Shown one piece after another: positions 29,153 through 39,885 of a DNA stretch of 64,000 nucleotides. The DNA comes from Deltaproteobacteria bacterium (GTDB lineage: Bacteria > Myxococcota > UBA727 > JABDBI01). Position 1 is the stretch's first letter, and every line of letters begins with the position of its first letter. The stretch is taken from assembly GCA_016432245.1 (NCBI GenBank), contig CP066680.1, forward strand, positions 36,110 through 100,109, given 5' to 3'. The notes beneath the pieces were generated by a model that did not search any database, was not told the DNA's origin, and worked only from the letters and a program-made list of their open reading frames with translations. The position numbers were made by a program, and so were the translations under genes.

Positions 29153-30905
29153 GGCGAACTCCTGCTTTATTTTTATTTACTTTTTCTTTTTTATTATGAG
29201 CGTGATTCCATTTCGAAAGAACATCTCCTAATGTGCCTAAGTCATTAAAAGATTTTTTATTATGAAGTTTATTATTAAGTTTAAAGTTATAGAAAGCTCT
29301 TTTGGCATTGATAACAGCTTTCATTGAGAGGCTGATTTGATGAGTTGATATATTAATTTTAGATATCATTATTTCCATGATGTTTCCAATTTTCAGAGTT
29401 TTGAAAGATCGTAATGATTTTTTAGTCTTTCTGTATTCACCTATCATTTGAGATATGTGACAGAAACCACCGATTCCAGGCTCTAATTCGATAAAAATTC
29501 CATTATCAGTAATGCTTGAAATAGATTTTTTTAAAATTGCTCCTCTGGGATATTGTTCAAGGATATGAGAAATCCAAGGGTTATGAGTTAATTGTTTTAG
29601 CCCTAAAGACAATTGTTCTCTTAGAGTATCTATATGTAAGACTACAGTTTCTATTTGTTCATTGATTTGAAAATAATCAATTGGATTGATATGTTTAGTC
29701 CAAAATAAGTTATTTAGATGAAGTAAGCCTGCAGCTCTTTTATGTACCGTAATGAAAAGACCAGAGGTCGTAACTTGTGAAATTTTGCCTCGAATTATAT
29801 CACCTACTTTATAATCTTTCTGAATTTGCAGCCATGGACTTTCATCATCTTTTTTTAGCCTTAAAATTATTTTATGTGCTGCGCGGTTAATCTGTAGAAC
29901 TAAAACATTTACAACTTGTCCGATTTGTGCATAATGCCAGGGAGGCATAAGCGGTTTATTCCAGGAGAGTTCTGATATTGGAATAAATCCTTCAACATCA
30001 TGGCTTAATGATACCAGAATTCCAAAAGAGGTAATTTTGGTTACAATACCAGGGTGCCAAGAGTTGAGTGGATATTTATCCAATATATTCAGCCATGGAT
30101 TAGAACATAATTGTTTTACACCTAGTGATATTTTATTTGTTTCAGGATTAATTTTTAAAACTTGTACAGTAATATTTTGTCTTAATTTAAAAACTTCTCT
30201 TGAGTTATAAGATTTTATCCAGCTAATGTCTGATAGGTGCAGTAATCCGTCTAATCCGCCAATATCAATAAATGCGCCATATGGGGTTATATTTTTAATA
30301 TGACCTTGAAAGATTGCGCCTTCTTTGAGCCTTACTAGAGTCTTTTCACGCTTGGATAAAAATTCTGATTCCAAGAGAAAGCGGCGACTTAATATAACAT
30401 TTTTAGAGATTTCATTTAAGCTCACAATAGTAAATCTAAATTCTTTTTTAATTAATTTCTCAGGCGATCGAATAGGTTTAATATCAATTTGACTTTGTGG
30501 TAAGAAAGCAGGAATTCCAATATCGACAGCGAAGCCTCCTTTTGTGATATGGGTTATTACGCCAAGAACAGGATTTCCTTTTTTATACATATCTAAAACA
30601 TTGTCCCATGCTTCTATTTTATGTGCCTTTTTATAACTTAATAATAAGCGCCCCATTGAATTTTCTGGAGATTCTACAATCGCTTTGATTTCGTCACCAA
30701 CCTTTACTTTTAAAATTCCAGTTGCAGAAATAAAATCAGAAGTTTTAATTAACCCTTCTGCTTTATTTCCAACATTTATAGATACAAAGTCTTTACCAAT
30801 AGATAAAACAGTGACTTGTATAGTCTCTCCAGGAGAAATTTGCTTCTCTTGAGAAAATGATTCTTTTAGAAGGTCTTTGAATGATGCTGTATATGATGAT
30901 TTCAC
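29136..30905 (-). CDS. rpsA: 30S ribosomal protein S1
   Basis: Six tandem S1/OB repeats (G..V.G.V......G.FV..G...GL.H.S motifs), 589 aa. Confidence 0.9.
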   Translation of the reverse strand: MKSSYTASFKDLLKESFSQEKQISPGETIQVTVLSIGKDFVSINVGNKAEGLIKTSDFISATGILKVKVGDEIKAIVESPENSMGRLLLSYKKAHKIEAWDNVLDMYKKGNPVLGVITHITKGGFAVDIGIPAFLPQSQIDIKPIRSPEKLIKKEFRFTIVSLNEISKNVILSRRFLLESEFLSKREKTLVRLKEGAIFQGHIKNITPYGAFIDIGGLDGLLHLSDISWIKSYNSREVFKLRQNITVQVLKINPETNKISLGVKQLCSNPWLNILDKYPLNSWHPGIVTKITSFGILVSLSHDVEGFIPISELSWNKPLMPPWHYAQIGQVVNVLVLQINRAAHKIILRLKKDDESPWLQIQKDYKVGDIIRGKISQVTTSGLFITVHKRAAGLLHLNNLFWTKHINPIDYFQINEQIETVVLHIDTLREQLSLGLKQLTHNPWISHILEQYPRGAILKKSISSITDNGIFIELEPGIGGFCHISQMIGEYRKTKKSLRSFKTLKIGNIMEIMISKINISTHQISLSMKAVINAKRAFYNFKLNNKLHNKKSFNDLGTLGDVLSKWNHAHNKKEKVNKNKAGVRHVLKK

Positions 30906-30982
30906 TTTGAATCCTTATATGTTTAATATATAAATTAATAAAATTAATAAGTAAATTACATTATAAGACTTAAGGAATAATT

Positions 30983-31954
30983 ATGGAAGTATTTGAAAGG
31001 AGATTGATGCAGTCAGTTTGGAATATTTTAGACATGTATCTTTTGAAATGTGCAGAAAATGGGTTTATATTGTGTATAAGTGGCGGAAAAGATTCTAGGT
31101 GCTTAATGGAGATCGTTGCAAAATGGCCAAACCGTTTTTCAAAGATTTTAATAGCAAGCGTTGATCATTGTACTAGAGAAAGTACAACAAGAGAGGCATT
31201 TTTTGTGGCTTCTCGTGCTAAGCGATTAGGGTTTGATGCGAGAATATTGACATTAAGTGGCGAAAAAGACTTGAAGGAAGGTGTGTTGAGGAAAAAAAGG
31301 TATTCTATTTTATTTGATTTAGCAAAAGAAATGCATATATCGACATTAGTTACGGCGCATACACAAAATGATCAAGTGGAGAATGTGTTGATGACATTGG
31401 TTGGAGTAAGTGAAGGAAGTTATGGTACTGGTATGAGCATGGAATCAAGTTCTTCAATAATAGGTTCTTTTGGTCAACAAGGAAGGCTTGTGAGGCCACT
31501 TCTGAATATGTCACGAAAGTATTTGTCATTGATTCTTTCTGCTTTAAATATTGAAGATTATTTTAAGGATCCTTCTAATGTTTACAATGGAGGTCAGAGA
31601 GTGTTTATTCGTAAAATTTTGGAAAAGTACCCGGAAAGGATAGATAGACTTTCAAGATTGGCTGAAAGACGAAAAATAGAGTTAAGTAATATACAAGAGT
31701 TTTCTAATATTTTTATAGAAAAGCAAACTTTTAATGAAATGCGCTTAGATCTAAAAAAATGCCCATTTAGTTGGAGAAAATTAGTTCTAATAAATGCATT
31801 TCAACTGTTTTGCCCAGGGAGAGAATTCAGAGGAACATCGAACCTTTTTAATATTTTTTTTAAAAATACAATTTTGCAACGGGGAAATTATATTCTTCCC
31901 TTTTGTAGAATGGAAATACAATCAGATACTCAAATTATATTAACTCGAATTTAA
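30983..31954 (+). CDS. tilS: tRNA(Ile)-lysidine synthase
   Basis: PP-loop CISGGKDS and TAHTQNDQVENVLM. Confidence 0.8.
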   Translation: MEVFERRLMQSVWNILDMYLLKCAENGFILCISGGKDSRCLMEIVAKWPNRFSKILIASVDHCTRESTTREAFFVASRAKRLGFDARILTLSGEKDLKEGVLRKKRYSILFDLAKEMHISTLVTAHTQNDQVENVLMTLVGVSEGSYGTGMSMESSSSIIGSFGQQGRLVRPLLNMSRKYLSLILSALNIEDYFKDPSNVYNGGQRVFIRKILEKYPERIDRLSRLAERRKIELSNIQEFSNIFIEKQTFNEMRLDLKKCPFSWRKLVLINAFQLFCPGREFRGTSNLFNIFFKNTILQRGNYILPFCRMEIQSDTQIILTRI

Positions 31955-32676
31955 TTTTTATTGTTATCATTATAACGATTAAGAGATTTTGATGAAGTTT
32001 CTTTTAAGATACCTAATTTTTGTTTTAATATACGTAGTGATTCATTGCGTTTACGTGGTTCCTCTAGTTTTTGAAACTGCATTGAAAGAGCATCTTGATC
32101 TAGTTCGTTTGCTAAATCTGAAGATACTTTGGCCTCTGCCTCTAATTGATTTATAGATTCTTCCATTTTAGAGAAAAGATTTAATGAACTATTTCCTTTC
32201 AGACCAGAGAGAGTTTCTGATATATTTTTTTGAGCTTCAGCTCTTCTTGCTCTTGCTATAAGTAAATTTTTTTTTCTTTTTGCTTCAGAATATTGATTTT
32301 GTAATTTGGAAATAGCTTCCTTTAATTCATCTATAGATTGGATTTGCATTTGCCAATTATTTTCAATTTGATTAGCTAATTTTACGTGTTCTTCTTGACG
32401 TTCGATTGCCTGCACCGTTAAAAGATCATTTCCTTCTTCAGCAGCTAATTCGGCTCGTTGTCCCCAATGCACCATAGCAGCACGTTCTTCTTGAAATTGA
32501 ACGGCCATCTTTTTTTCATCAGCAATAGCCATGGCAAGCTGACGTTTGAGCATTAGTAAATTTTCTTGAAATTCTATTAACGATTGGTTAAGCATTTTTT
32601 CCGGATCTTCCGCTAAGCTTATCCAATGATTTAAGTATGACTTTATTAGTGTTATAAAACGTTGAAATAACATCAT
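31951..32676 (-). CDS. pspA: PspA/IM30 family membrane-stress protein
   Basis: Start (M)MLFQRFITLIKSYLNHWISLAEDPEKMLNQSLIEFQENL, followed by a continuous coiled coil. Both are typical of PspA. Confidence 0.8.
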   Translation of the reverse strand: MMLFQRFITLIKSYLNHWISLAEDPEKMLNQSLIEFQENLLMLKRQLAMAIADEKKMAVQFQEERAAMVHWGQRAELAAEEGNDLLTVQAIERQEEHVKLANQIENNWQMQIQSIDELKEAISKLQNQYSEAKRKKNLLIARARRAEAQKNISETLSGLKGNSSLNLFSKMEESINQLEAEAKVSSDLANELDQDALSMQFQKLEEPRKRNESLRILKQKLGILKETSSKSLNRYNDNNKN

Positions 32677-32725
32677 TGATCTCCTTTTTTTATAATATTA
32701 TAAATATTATAAGATTAGTGCAAGT

Positions 32726-33450
32726 ATGATAAAAAAAAACGATTAGATATTTTATTAGTGGAAAGAGCTATAGAGGCGGTCTTAATTCGGGCACGGGTCT
32801 ATATTGTTTCTGGGAATGTATTTGTTAATAATTTTAGAATCGTAAAACCGAGTGCTTTTATAAATATGGACTCTACTATTGAAATAAGAGTGGAAAGACT
32901 TGAAATAAGAGGTAGTTTAAAATTGCAATGTGCTCTGGCACAATGGCCGATGGATATATTGGATAAAATTTGTTTAGATGTTGGTTCCTCGACAGGAGGA
33001 TTTACATATTATTTATTAAAAAGGGGAGCAGCGAGGGTTTATGCAGTAGATTGCGGTAAAAATCAATTGTTGTTTCATTTGCGAAAAAATAAGAAGGTTT
33101 ATTCGTTAGAAGGAATGCCTATTCAAACAATTCCGAAAGGTATGTTCAAAGCCAATCCGCATATAGTTGTAATTGATGTTAGTTTTACGTCGCTAAAATC
33201 AGTATTGGGTTCAGTCTTGCGTCATGTTAGTAATTCTTTTTTATATGTATTAATAAAGCCTCAATTTGAAGTTGCAAAATGCAATTTATATAAAGGGATT
33301 GTAAAAGATATGGTAATAAGGAATAAAGTGGTGATTGACTTGGTTCAGTATATATCAAGAATGAAGATTAAGATTATTGATGTGAAAATATGCTCTCTTT
33401 TAAAAGAGTCGAAAAACATTGAATATTGGATATACGCATATAAGGAGTAG
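32726..33450 (+). CDS. tlyA: TlyA-family rRNA 2'-O-ribose cytidine methyltransferase; N-terminus interrupted by a frame change in an A9 tract
   Basis: S4-like N-terminus (KK)RLDILLVERA...IVSGNVFVNN...KPS and SAM motif LDVGSSTGGFTYYLLKRGA. The conserved RLDILLV lies upstream of the only canonical in-frame start (GTG 32758). The nearest ATG (32726) is one nucleotide out of frame across a(9) at 32731-32739. Confidence 0.8.
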
Positions 33451-33502
33451 TTAAAAAGATACTTGATTTATTAGTCATGTAAATGAATTTTAATATATTT
33501 GG

Positions 33503-34387
33503 TTAGAGGCATGGATCTTTTATATTATTATTAGAAAGGTAGGCTAACCATATATTTTCAAGAAGCATTGCGATTGTAATCGGACCAATTCCACCTGGAA
33601 CGGGAGTGATATTTTTAATTTTTGGAAATTCTAGAGGAGAAATATTCACATCTCCAAAGATTTTTTTGTTTATAATTGAGATACCAACGTCAATGATTGT
33701 AGCATTTTTTTTTATATAGTCCTTACTAATTAGATGAGTGCTTCCTGTAGCGGAAATGAGTAAGTCTGCATGTTTGGTAATACTTGATAATCTTTTAGTG
33801 GATCGATTACAGATTGATATTGTTGCATTTGAATTAAGAAGTAACTGAGCCGTTGGTTTTCCAACTAGTAAACTTCTTCCAATAATAACAACATGTTTTT
33901 TTTCAAGATTGAATTTGATTTTATTTAAAATTAACATGCAAGCTTTTGCAGTACATGGGACAAAGCGGGGCGTGTTTAAAAATAATAGCCCTATATTTTC
34001 GAAATGGAGTCCATCTATGTCTTTTAATGGGCTTATTGTAGAGGTAAAGGTAGGCTGATAGTTTTTTAGACTGGGAGGTAGTGGCAATTGGATTAAGATA
34101 CCATCAGTTAATGGATTTTTATTTTCTTTTTCAATAATTTTGACTACGGAATTGGGCAATATATTGTCTGGTAAAAAATAATTTTTAATAGACATACCTG
34201 ACATTTGGGCGGCTGAAGTTTTATGAATTAGAAAGGACTTTGAAGGATGGTTTTCTCCAATTATTATTGTACATAAATGAGGGGGACGAGATTTGTACTT
34301 TATTCGATGGTTTATTTTTTCCCTTAGAGATGAAATTGTTGCAGATAAAATTAAACTACCAGATAGTATTTTTTTATTTTTTTTCAT
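33503..34387 (-). CDS. folD: bifunctional methylenetetrahydrofolate dehydrogenase/cyclohydrolase
   Basis: ILIQLPLP, VVIIGRSLLVGKP and PVPGGIGPITIAMLLEN. Start set at MKKNKKILSG (ATG at 34387), the FolD-like N-terminus. The track ORF starts 51 nt earlier. Confidence 0.88.
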   Translation of the reverse strand: MKKNKKILSGSLILSATISSLREKINHRIKYKSRPPHLCTIIIGENHPSKSFLIHKTSAAQMSGMSIKNYFLPDNILPNSVVKIIEKENKNPLTDGILIQLPLPPSLKNYQPTFTSTISPLKDIDGLHFENIGLLFLNTPRFVPCTAKACMLILNKIKFNLEKKHVVIIGRSLLVGKPTAQLLLNSNATISICNRSTKRLSSITKHADLLISATGSTHLISKDYIKKNATIIDVGISIINKKIFGDVNISPLEFPKIKNITPVPGGIGPITIAMLLENIWLAYLSNNNIKDPCL

Positions 34388-34465
34388 GCAAGAAATCGTC
34401 ATATATTTTATAATAAAGTATATGACTTTTAAATTCAATTTTTAAAAGGAAAATAAGAGGAAGGA

Positions 34466-34494
34466 CTTGAAAAATACTTCTCCTTGACCATTAT
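34466..34494 (+). promoter_or_regulatory. candidate sigma32-type heat-shock promoter upstream of groES
   Basis: CTTGAAA at 34466-34472, a 14-nt spacer, then ACCATTAT at 34487-34494. The E. coli sigma32 consensus is CTTGAAA-N13-17-CCCCATnT. No CIRCE inverted repeat is present. Confidence 0.35.
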
Positions 34495-34557
34495 TGTCAG
34501 ATGCTTACTTTATGAAATGATTGGTTTATTTTTTTTAATCTTAAGGAAGAGAGTAGT

Positions 34558-34848
34558 ATGGCAAATTTTATACCGTTAAATGATAGAGTTTTAATTAAGC
34601 GAGTGAGTAGCGAGGAAGTGACTCAAGGTGGTATATATATTCCAGATACAGCAAAGGAAAAACCATTAGAAGGTGAGGTTGTGGCTATTGGGTCTGGAAA
34701 AATCATGGAAAACGGAAGCGTTAAGCCAATGTTGGTAAAGCCAGGGGATCGTGTATTATTTGCTAAATACACAGAGACGGAAATAAAATTGAACGGTGAG
34801 TCTTTCTTGCTGATTCGAGAAGATGATTTGTTAGGTATAATATTGTAA
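34558..34848 (+). CDS. groES: co-chaperonin GroES
   Basis: [10 protein letters not shown]...[21 protein letters not shown]. Confidence 0.96.
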   Translation: MANFIPLNDRVLIKRVSSEEVTQGGIYIPDTAKEKPLEGEVVAIGSGKIMENGSVKPMLVKPGDRVLFAKYTETEIKLNGESFLLIREDDLLGIIL

Positions 34849-34858
34849 TATAATATAA

Positions 34859-36529
<1,671 letters not shown>

Positions 36530-36538
36530 AAAATCTAG

Positions 36539-36570
36539 ATTAAGGATTCTAAAATAGAGTCCTTAATTTT
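36539..36570 (+). terminator. rho-independent terminator after groEL
   Basis: attaaggattc (36539-36549) pairs with gagtccttaat (36557-36567). This is an 11-bp stem with one G-U pair and a 7-nt loop, followed by ttt. Confidence 0.6.
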
Positions 36571-36624
36571 ACATAGAGGATTTCAAGGTATAAAAAGGTA
36601 TAAAAAAAATTTTTATAGAAATAT

Positions 36625-38364
36625 ATGAAATTACAATACAGGATTTTAACGTTTGTTTTAATATTATTGGTATCTATTTATTGTTTAATTCCATCTGTTA
36701 TTTATTTTAGGTTGCCTGAAGTAGAACTACAGAAAATACGACAAAATGGCAAATTGTTAGAAGGTTATTTGCCAAGAGGCGTAATGAAAAATCACATAGT
36801 GCCGGGATTAGATTTGCAAGGAGGAATTCAAATTTTATTAAAAGTGGATATCAAACAGGCGTTAGACTATAAATTGTCTAGATATACAGAAATGATTTTG
36901 AAAGAATTTTCGCAAAATGGTATATCTGCAGAAAAAAAAGATTTTTATAAAATACAATTATTTTCTGAAATAGAAAGAAAAAAAGCTTTAAAGCTATTAA
37001 AGAAGAAAAATCCAGAAGTAATTGCTATTGAAGAAAAGGATTATGTTGTTCTTTATTTAAACCCATTTGTTGATAATGATATTCGAAAACGCATCATGGA
37101 GCAAACGATAAATGTACTTCGAGCACGAATAGATAATATAGGCGCATCTGAGTTTAGTATAATCAGGCAAGGTGATGCCAATATTCAGATTCAACTTCCT
37201 GGGTTTGAAGATAAGCGAGAAGCGAGACGCATTATAGGTAGAACAGCTCAACTTTTTTTTCAAATTTGTGAGGATGAAATTGATTTGATAAAAGATTTTA
37301 AAGATCTTCCACAGGGCATTGAGAAAATTGATACTTTATATAAAAAGCCGGACGGTTCAATAGGTAAAGATCATTATTTAAAATTCTCTAAAGATAAGAT
37401 AAATGAATTAACATTATATTTAAAAAACAAAGTGCCTTCTAATATAGATATAAAATATGGAGATTTACAAGACGGATATTTAAGAACTTATGTTTTGAAT
37501 AAAAAAATAGAATTAACAGGAGATGATATTGTAGATGTACAAGTGTCTTCCTTTGAAGGCAATGAATCTCATGTTTCTGTTTTAGTTTTATTCAATTCAA
37601 TTGGTGCTAGTTTGTTAGATGAGTTATCGAAAGGTAACTTGGGAAAAAGAGTGGCTATTGTTTTGGAGAATAAGGTTAATAATGCAGCAATATTTCAAAC
37701 TCGTATTCCAAATGGACGAGCACAAATTTCTCTTGGATATCATAAGCAACCTAGTGAATTAATGAAAGAAGCACAAGACCTTTCAATGCTTTTAAAGACG
37801 GGTTCATTGCCAGCAAACATTTTGTTTTTAGAGGAAAAAAGCTTAGGACCTTCTTTGGGAGTAGAGGCTGTTCATAAGGGAAAAGTGGCATTTTTTGTAG
37901 GAAGTGTTTTGGTTATTTTGTTAATGATTTTTTATTATAGAATTGCAGGGTTATTATCAGTTGTTGCTGTCTTATATAATTTAATGATTATGTTAGCACT
38001 TTTGTCGGTCTTTAATGCTACAATTACATTGCCTGGCATAGCAGGATTGTTATTGATTTTTGCGATGGCAGTTGATGCTAATGTTATTATCAATGAGCGA
38101 ATTAGAGAAGAATTAAGAAAAGGAAAATTTCCTTTTCTTGCTGTTAAAGAAGGCTATGAAATAGCTTTTACAGCTGTGTTTGATTCTCATATGACATCAT
38201 TTTTATCAGGAGTTGTTTTATGGAATATGGGAACGGGCCCTATTCAAAATTTTGCTATGATGCTTATAATTGGTACAAGCTTGTCATTATTTACGGCAGT
38301 GTATGTTACGAGAATGTTTTTTGATATATTAATAAATGAAAAAACAAGGAAAATGTCCATATGA
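36625..38364 (+). CDS. secD: protein translocase subunit SecD
   Basis: GLDLQGGI, a large periplasmic domain, and a C-terminal 6-TM bundle with TLPGIAGLLLIFAMAVDANVIINERIREE. Confidence 0.9.
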   Translation: MKLQYRILTFVLILLVSIYCLIPSVIYFRLPEVELQKIRQNGKLLEGYLPRGVMKNHIVPGLDLQGGIQILLKVDIKQALDYKLSRYTEMILKEFSQNGISAEKKDFYKIQLFSEIERKKALKLLKKKNPEVIAIEEKDYVVLYLNPFVDNDIRKRIMEQTINVLRARIDNIGASEFSIIRQGDANIQIQLPGFEDKREARRIIGRTAQLFFQICEDEIDLIKDFKDLPQGIEKIDTLYKKPDGSIGKDHYLKFSKDKINELTLYLKNKVPSNIDIKYGDLQDGYLRTYVLNKKIELTGDDIVDVQVSSFEGNESHVSVLVLFNSIGASLLDELSKGNLGKRVAIVLENKVNNAAIFQTRIPNGRAQISLGYHKQPSELMKEAQDLSMLLKTGSLPANILFLEEKSLGPSLGVEAVHKGKVAFFVGSVLVILLMIFYYRIAGLLSVVAVLYNLMIMLALLSVFNATITLPGIAGLLLIFAMAVDANVIINERIREELRKGKFPFLAVKEGYEIAFTAVFDSHMTSFLSGVVLWNMGTGPIQNFAMMLIIGTSLSLFTAVYVTRMFFDILINEKTRKMSI

Positions 38365-39617
38365 CAGATTTGAAAATGTTTCGATTTTTTGATAGTAAAA
38401 AATCAATAAATTTTGTGTCTTCATTCTATATTTCGTTGCATATAGCATTGTTTATTATTTCAATTGCACTGATTGGTTATGACCTTTTTGGGATAAATAT
38501 GGGGTTAGAATTTCAAGGAGGTACAGAGTTGCAAATTAAATTTTTATCAAAAGAGAAGTTGAATTTAGAAGAAATTCAGGAAAGCTTAAAAAAAGTTGGC
38601 GTGGAAAGAAAAAATGTACAGTTCACTACAGAAGATTCTTCTATTTTAGTAAGAGTTGAACATCAAGAAATTTTCTCTGAGAAGGATATAGCAATTATTG
38701 AAAAGGAATTTAAAAAGGTAGGCTTGTTATCAAGTGTAAGAAAAGCAGAAGGAGTCATCAATGGCTTACATATAAGGATTTTAGAGTTAAAGGAAGTAAC
38801 TAAAAATTTCATAAATTTATATGAGTCATATATCATAAATGCCCTTAGTAAAATAGAGCGATTCAAAATAAAGAATTCTCAACATATTCCTAATCAAATT
38901 GTTTATAACGACGTACTTGGAAGGTATGAAATAGAATTTGACATTGAATTTTATGGAACTATTGATAAAATTTTAGAGATGATGCATGATAAGTTGGGAG
39001 ATTTTTCTATACAAAAGATAGAATATGTAGACAGTCAAATATCTCAATCTTTGAAAAGAGAAAGTATATTGGCTATTATTTATGCAATAATCATGGTGTT
39101 ATTTTACATTTTGATAAGGTTTGATGTTTTGTATATACCAGGAGCAATAGTATGTTTATTTCAAGATGTATGTGGTTCTTTTTTGGTTTTTGTCTTAGGG
39201 AGATATGAATTCGACTTGCCTTCTATTGCGGCAATGCTAACTGTTATTGGAGTATCTATTAACAATACAATTATTGTATATGATCGAATTCGAGCAGAAG
39301 CGCCAGCGTCTTATGATTTAATTTCGAGAGATGCATTATTGAAATATGTAAATAAAGCAGTAAATGACACATTAAGTAGGACGATAAACACAACGTTAAC
39401 AGTATTATTTTCATCACTTTCTTTATGGTTGCTGGCAGGACCGGTGTTAAAAAGTTTTTCGGCAATTTTAAGTATAGGACTTTTGTTAGGAGCGTTTTCC
39501 TCAATATTAGCGGCGCCAGCGATGTATGTTCTTATGGCAGATAATTTAGGACAAAAACTTCATTTATTAGAATTAGAGTTAAAGTATCGTAATTATAAGA
39601 AAGAAGAAACTAGGTAA
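38361..39617 (+). CDS. secF: protein translocase subunit SecF (enlarged periplasmic domain)
   Basis: GLEFQGGTE and SIAAMLTVIGVSINNTIIVYDRIR. ATGA overlap with secD. About 190 aa lie between TM1 and TM2, longer than in E. coli SecF. Confidence 0.85.
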   Translation: MTDLKMFRFFDSKKSINFVSSFYISLHIALFIISIALIGYDLFGINMGLEFQGGTELQIKFLSKEKLNLEEIQESLKKVGVERKNVQFTTEDSSILVRVEHQEIFSEKDIAIIEKEFKKVGLLSSVRKAEGVINGLHIRILELKEVTKNFINLYESYIINALSKIERFKIKNSQHIPNQIVYNDVLGRYEIEFDIEFYGTIDKILEMMHDKLGDFSIQKIEYVDSQISQSLKRESILAIIYAIIMVLFYILIRFDVLYIPGAIVCLFQDVCGSFLVFVLGRYEFDLPSIAAMLTVIGVSINNTIIVYDRIRAEAPASYDLISRDALLKYVNKAVNDTLSRTINTTLTVLFSSLSLWLLAGPVLKSFSAILSIGLLLGAFSSILAAPAMYVLMADNLGQKLHLLELELKYRNYKKEETR

Positions 39618-39621
39618 TAGT

Positions 39622-39840
39622 TTATTTAGCTCTAAAAATTATTCTACCTTTAGATAAATCATATGGTGAAAGCGCAACTCTAACCTGATCACCAGCTACT
39701 ACTCTAATAAGGTTTTTTCGCATTTTTCCAGAAGAATAGGCAATAACCTCATGACCATTCTTTAAAATTACTTTATATGTAAAGTTATGTAAAATTTCTT
39801 TTACAGTACCCTCTATTTCTATTTGATCCTCTTTAGACAT
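39622..39840 (-). CDS. infA: translation initiation factor IF-1
   Basis: 72 aa. [17 protein letters not shown]...[26 protein letters not shown]. Confidence 0.95.
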   Translation of the reverse strand: MSKEDQIEIEGTVKEILHNFTYKVILKNGHEVIAYSSGKMRKNLIRVVAGDQVRVALSPYDLSKGRIIFRAK

Positions 39841-39885
39841 GATTAAGTATTCTTATATAAGTATTTTTTCAAATAGTAAATAGAG

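Noticed and set aside
34439-34557. CIRCE (HrcA) operator upstream of groES, and likewise upstream of dnaK (25295-25345)
   Set aside because: No TTAGCACTC-N9-GAGTGCTAA-like inverted repeat is present in either leader. A sigma32-like promoter fits the groES leader better.
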